From contig NZ_CP040089.1 in the NCBI RefSeq assembly GCF_009617975.1, positions 720,001 through 752,000 of the forward strand: DNA of 32,000 bases. The letters are read 5' to 3'. The stretch comes from Candidatus Nanohalobium constans (GTDB lineage: Archaea; Nanohalarchaeota; Nanosalinia; Nanosalinales; Nanosalinaceae). Every line of letters begins with the position of its first letter. Positions within the stretch are counted from its first letter, which is position 1. This document shows positions 28,088 through 32,000 of the stretch, piece by piece. Position numbers and translations under genes: made by a program. The notes beneath the pieces were generated by a model. It saw nothing but the letters and a program-made list of their open reading frames with translations, had not been told where the DNA came from and made no database searches.

Positions 28088-28874
28088 CAAAATAATCCTT
28101 ACAGCCATTCTAGCCCTAGCTGCATCAGGATGCATGGACAGCACAAACCCTGGTGGAGGAAGCGGAAACGGAATACAGGTAGAAAAATTCTCCATAACAG
28201 ATGACACACTAAATCCAAATCAGAAAACAGTAATAGAAGCAAAAATACGCAACTACAACAAAGCCCCAACAACCCTGAACTCCGAGAACATAACCCTATT
28301 CAACACCGGACAACTAAAGGTACAGGAAGACAGCAAAAACTGCAACCCCAAGAAAATCAGCAACTCCGACCAAGACATAAACCCTGTCATCAGATGCACC
28401 TGGAATGTAGAAGCACCTGGAAAATCCTTCATAGAAGGCTTCGACTCAAAACCTCTTTCAGTCAAACTTCAGATAAGATACAGCTCCACAGTCGAAAACA
28501 ACCAACCTCTGAAAATAAACTTCCAAAATATGTCAGAAATCAAGGAAAGCAGCCCAATAAAAACCACAGCAAGCAACAACGACCTAAAAATGAGCATAGA
28601 AACACAGACACCCTCACCAGTAACAACTCCAGAAACCCTGACAGTCAAAACAGCAAACACCGGAGTAGGCAGCATAAAGGGCAAAATAAAAATCAAATGC
28701 AGCCCAGAAAAACTGTTCTCAGAATGCCCACAAGAAAAAACCCCGATACAAGACCAAACAAGATTCAATTTAAACGCAGAAACAGAGCTAACAGGCACCC
28801 AGAACATCTTTATCTCCACACATTATAAATACGAGAAGAATCCAAACCTTGACATAGAGGTCGTAAACAACTGA
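28080..28874 (+). CDS. Lipobox surface protein paralogue 2 (264 aa)
   Basis: Signal peptide ending LALAASGC, a G/S tether, then IQVEKFSITDDTLNPNQKTVIEAKIRNYNKAPTTL. Its stop overlaps the next ATG (TGATG). Confidence 0.7.
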   Translation: MDNKIILTAILALAASGCMDSTNPGGGSGNGIQVEKFSITDDTLNPNQKTVIEAKIRNYNKAPTTLNSENITLFNTGQLKVQEDSKNCNPKKISNSDQDINPVIRCTWNVEAPGKSFIEGFDSKPLSVKLQIRYSSTVENNQPLKINFQNMSEIKESSPIKTTASNNDLKMSIETQTPSPVTTPETLTVKTANTGVGSIKGKIKIKCSPEKLFSECPQEKTPIQDQTRFNLNAETELTGTQNIFISTHYKYEKNPNLDIEVVNN

Positions 28875-30022
28875 TGAACAACACAAAACAATTAATAATC
28901 CTTTTCACGATAGCAGTAGCAGCATCAGGATGCGCAAACACAACGCCAAGCAACACAGACTCCCAGTCAACCACGACATTCATCGACGTTAATACTTTTG
29001 AAGCAATACCTAACCCCGTTCCATCCGGAGAACAAATCACTCTAGACATGGAACTTGAAAACACGGGAGACGCAGAAGCAGAAGACGTAGCCGCACGAAT
29101 ATTCGGACCATCTGTAATCAACCAGAAAAGCGCCGGAGAAAGAACAAAATCACTTGGCAACCTGAGATCTTCATCAGATACCTCATTCCCAGGACGCACA
29201 AGCTGGAGCATAAACACAAATCAGCTAAGCTCCAACCGTGAAGTAAACTACGACATAAACGCCAACATATTCTACGGATACGAAACACGCGCAGACACAG
29301 AATTCAAGTTCGTATCACGAGAAAGATTCAGAGAACAAGACTACAGTCGCGGAGAAGCAACAATAGAAAACTCAGAAGCACCAATAGAAATAGGAATAAG
29401 AGGAACAACACCAATAACCTTCGACAGCAACGAAGGAAACCCAAGCGAACAAGTCTGCATAACAGTCGAAAACACAGGAAGCGGACAAGCATTCACAGAC
29501 GGAGACAACGCAGAAAGCCGAGAATACAACCTCAACGACGCAGAAAAAGACACAGTTGAACTAGTAATAGACGAAATAGCCGGCATGGAAATGGAACCAG
29601 AAGAAAACACAGACGTAGAAAACAACGCAAGAAACGGAGAAGAAGCAAGAGTAGACGTCAACCTGATAGAAGGTACCGAAGGATGGCAATGCTTCACACT
29701 CCGCCCAGAAGAAAGCCTACAAAACTCAGAAACAGACGTAAACACCCTCATAACAGCAGAATACAACTACAAAGAAGAAACCAGCACATCCGCCACAGTA
29801 GAAGGAAGAAGAGGCGACTCATCCAACTCAGACGGAGAAGATGGGGATACATGGAAGTACAAAGACAGTGCTGATTTAGATAGTAATGATTATGAAGCAC
29901 TTGAAACAAGTTGGGAGGATATAGAAGATGGAAGCGATCCGTCTGAAACCTGTCCTGCGCTCAGAGATACTGACACCGAGGCGGCTGAAGACAAATTTGA
30001 AGAACTTTGTAGTGAAGAATGA
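28874..30022 (+). CDS. Lipobox surface protein paralogue 3, with an extra acidic Cys-containing C-terminal tail (382 aa)
   Basis: Signal peptide ending IAVAASGC, an S/T tether, then FIDVNTFEAIPNPVPSGEQITLDMELENTGDAEAEDV. Its stop overlaps the next ATG (ATGA). Confidence 0.7.
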   Translation: MNNTKQLIILFTIAVAASGCANTTPSNTDSQSTTTFIDVNTFEAIPNPVPSGEQITLDMELENTGDAEAEDVAARIFGPSVINQKSAGERTKSLGNLRSSSDTSFPGRTSWSINTNQLSSNREVNYDINANIFYGYETRADTEFKFVSRERFREQDYSRGEATIENSEAPIEIGIRGTTPITFDSNEGNPSEQVCITVENTGSGQAFTDGDNAESREYNLNDAEKDTVELVIDEIAGMEMEPEENTDVENNARNGEEARVDVNLIEGTEGWQCFTLRPEESLQNSETDVNTLITAEYNYKEETSTSATVEGRRGDSSNSDGEDGDTWKYKDSADLDSNDYEALETSWEDIEDGSDPSETCPALRDTDTEAAEDKFEELCSEE

Positions 30023-31323
30023 TGGAAAGTAGAAAAAAATCACTAGGCTTATTTTTTATCTTACTTACTTCTATTGCCTTGGCTGCAGGCTTCTCATATA
30101 ATACTCCGTTAGATGGCGGTGAAAGTGGTTTAGAACTTATTCAAACATATTCAACCGAAACAATACCTGGAACGACGGATAACGAACTTCAGACATTGAA
30201 GACACTATCAAGCTGCTACCTTCTGAATGATATTGAAACATTGGGAGATTGCATAGATAGTTACGAGGAAGACATGCCAGTGGGCGTGGAAGAGGTTTTG
30301 GATATTGATAATGATGAGGAAGATTCTTCTGATCCAGGGGACGCTGAGGTTGATGATTACCTTCAGTTGGATGAGGGTGGTACCCGGATAGAGTCTTCTG
30401 AGGTTGGGGATGGCAGCGACCTGGTTGTTGAGTTGGATGTTAGTATAGGTGATGAGGTTAGGGATTATGGTTCGAGACCGACTTTCAATCTTATGAGAGA
30501 TGGTGAGGAGGTTTCTTCGATTTCTGTGAAGTGGGATGAAGGAACGGTTGAGTTTCCTTGGAGTGATATATGGAATGGAGAAAGGGAAGATGATGTGAAT
30601 TTTGATTTAGAGATGGAGGGAAGCGAGAGTGGAGATGCCCATTGGAAGAGGCAGATAATCAATGATATAGGTACAGTAGATATCAGTCGTTGTGGCTCCG
30701 ATCATGTTTACAGCAGTTTCCATGATAAGTATGGTATTACAGGGTTTGATGATTGTATTGAAGTTAACGAAGGTTTATCTGATTCAGTTGAGGATATTCA
30801 TGATGAGACAGGATGGAGTTTGGAAGCAGAGCAGAGTGTGATCCATACTATTTCATCTGTCAGTAGTTCAGATGGTGATGAAGACAGAACACTTGAAATT
30901 AACACCGGGGACTCGGGCTTCTGCGGCAGAATTTACTTTGAAAACAACTTTGACGGCGGGGAAGGAGAATACACCTTTGATGCCGAAATGGTTGAAATGG
31001 GAGGTAACCATGACCCGCAGGAATTTATTATAGAGGTTAACAAAGACGAGGTAAAATCTGCAAATATTGGCGGCGGAGGCTCAAATTCGTTCAATGTTGA
31101 ACTTGAGGATGGAGACCTGGTAAGAGTAGGGATCAACGGATATGGAGATAAGTCGTACGATGAGAGACCTCCTCTCGGATGTAACAGTTATCAGTCAAGA
31201 ACCCATGTGGCAGTCGATGTCCCAGGCAACTTCAAAAGTGGTGAGGACAGCTCATCATCAAACGACTGCACAATATACGAAGAGGGAAGCAGAAACAGAC
31301 AACAATGCGAAAGATACAGCTAA
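30019..31323 (+). CDS. Extremely acidic secreted protein with 8 Cys (434 aa, hypothetical)
   Basis: N-terminal signal/anchor KKSLGLFFILLTSIALAAG. D/E-rich throughout, with eight spaced cysteines. G/T-ending codon style, unlike the three genes upstream. Confidence 0.65.
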   Translation: MMESRKKSLGLFFILLTSIALAAGFSYNTPLDGGESGLELIQTYSTETIPGTTDNELQTLKTLSSCYLLNDIETLGDCIDSYEEDMPVGVEEVLDIDNDEEDSSDPGDAEVDDYLQLDEGGTRIESSEVGDGSDLVVELDVSIGDEVRDYGSRPTFNLMRDGEEVSSISVKWDEGTVEFPWSDIWNGEREDDVNFDLEMEGSESGDAHWKRQIINDIGTVDISRCGSDHVYSSFHDKYGITGFDDCIEVNEGLSDSVEDIHDETGWSLEAEQSVIHTISSVSSSDGDEDRTLEINTGDSGFCGRIYFENNFDGGEGEYTFDAEMVEMGGNHDPQEFIIEVNKDEVKSANIGGGGSNSFNVELEDGDLVRVGINGYGDKSYDERPPLGCNSYQSRTHVAVDVPGNFKSGEDSSSSNDCTIYEEGSRNRQQCERYS

Positions 31324-31333
31324 ATAAAAAATT

Positions 31334-31356
31334 GAGGAGAAAAATTTGTTCTCCTC
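31334..31356. terminator. Hairpin flanked by an A-run and a T-run between convergent genes (candidate bidirectional terminator)
   Basis: GAGGAGAA-aaatttg-TTCTCCTC is an 8-bp perfect stem. It is preceded by aaaaaatt and followed by tcttttt. Confidence 0.45.
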
Positions 31357-31361
31357 TCTTT

Positions 31362-32000
31362 TTACCATTCTCTTACTAGGATGGCTGCTGTGATTACTAG
31401 TGCTAGTAGGATAGCTGCTGTTAGTTTGACTAGGTTGCCTGATGTTTGTAGGTTTCCTAGTGCTTGGCTGAATTGTCCTGTGATTCCGTTACTTAGTTGG
31501 TTGGAGTTGTCTTGGATTGCTTCTTCTATTTCTTTGCCTATGACTAGTTCTACTGTCTGACTTGTTGTGGTGTTGGTTCCTGTTGCTGTTGCTGTGATTT
31601 GGACGTTTCCTTCTTTCTTGAATGGGATTCCTGCGTACATGTAGGCAGTGCTTGTCTGTCCTGCGCCAACTGTCAGGTTGCTTGGTTTGATGTTGACCCA
31701 TTCTGGTCCTTCGTAGGCTAGTTCGTAGGTGTTTTCCTGTGTTCCTGTGTTTTCTAGTTGGACTTCGTAGACTACTGAACGGTTTTCTCCTGCGCTTGCT
31801 ACTTCAGGTACGACGTTCATTGATACATCCCAGCAGTTTTCTACATTTACTGTGGTTGTCCCTGTCTTGACTGGTTCTTCGTATGTTGATGCTGTTGCTG
31901 TTGTCTTTACTTTGTAGTTTCCTGTTTCTAGTGTTGTTGCGTCGACTAGCGTGGTTATTTCTGCGGTTTCTCCTGGTTGGATTTCTGCTTCCTGTGTCTG
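31362..32000 (-). CDS. CARDB/COG1361-like cell-surface protein, C-terminal part with a TM anchor; the gene continues beyond the right edge
   Basis: The ORF track starts at the M at 31820, but I translated 31821-32000 in the same frame and found no stop (QTQEAEIQPGETAEITTLVDATTLETGNYKVKTTATAS...). Repeated motif xxPGExxxxxxxVxNTG. C-terminal helix LVKLTAAILLALVITAAILV. Confidence 0.65.
   Translation of the reverse strand, partial: QTQEAEIQPGETAEITTLVDATTLETGNYKVKTTATASTYEEPVKTGTTTVNVENCWDVSMNVVPEVASAGENRSVVYEVQLENTGTQENTYELAYEGPEWVNIKPSNLTVGAGQTSTAYMYAGIPFKKEGNVQITATATGTNTTTSQTVELVIGKEIEEAIQDNSNQLSNGITGQFSQALGNLQTSGNLVKLTAAILLALVITAAILVREW

Noticed and set aside
28394-28828. 144-aa off-frame plus ORF and 116-aa antisense ORF inside lipoprotein paralogue 2
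   Set aside because: The products are basic (R/K/N/Q-rich) or hydrophobic low-complexity sequence, arising from A/C-rich DNA. The main frame has the signal peptide and paralogy support.

Overview
Archaeal chromosome segment. The proteome is strongly acidic (D/E-rich), the DNA is AT-leaning, and rpoB and rpoA are both split. This fits a halophilic, reduced-genome archaeon, and Nanohaloarchaeota/DPANN-like is my inference, not a database result.

Positions ~2.8-20.2 kb hold the conserved archaeal transcription-translation supercluster on the + strand: rpoH, rpoB'', rpoB', rpoA', rpoA'', nusA, rps12, rps7, EF-2, EF-1alpha, rps10. Non-canonical genes interrupt it at several junctions:
- an ABC1/UbiB kinase
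- a zinc-ribbon membrane protein
- a vapBC toxin-antitoxin pair, plus an orphan RHH antitoxin
- two acidic orphan ORFs

The left flank carries a partial asnB, nucS and a radC-like JAB gene. A tRNA-Ser(UGA) lies in a highly structured 418-bp spacer at ~20.3 kb. It is followed by a small membrane ORF, an HtrA protease and pelota.

The right third (23.2-32.0 kb) is the most unusual part. It is an uncharacterised cell-surface gene cluster containing:
- a TM-anchored protein with three internal repeats
- a 751-aa Cys-rich membrane protein
- a DUF5658-like membrane protein
- three tandem, translationally coupled lipobox (ASGC) paralogues with CARDB-like N-terminal segments
- a very acidic 8-Cys secreted protein
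- a convergent CARDB-like, C-terminally anchored surface protein

Two sharply different codon dialects occur (A/C-ending versus G/T-ending), with switch points inside genes.

I saw no rRNA, CRISPR array, transposase, integrase or intein.
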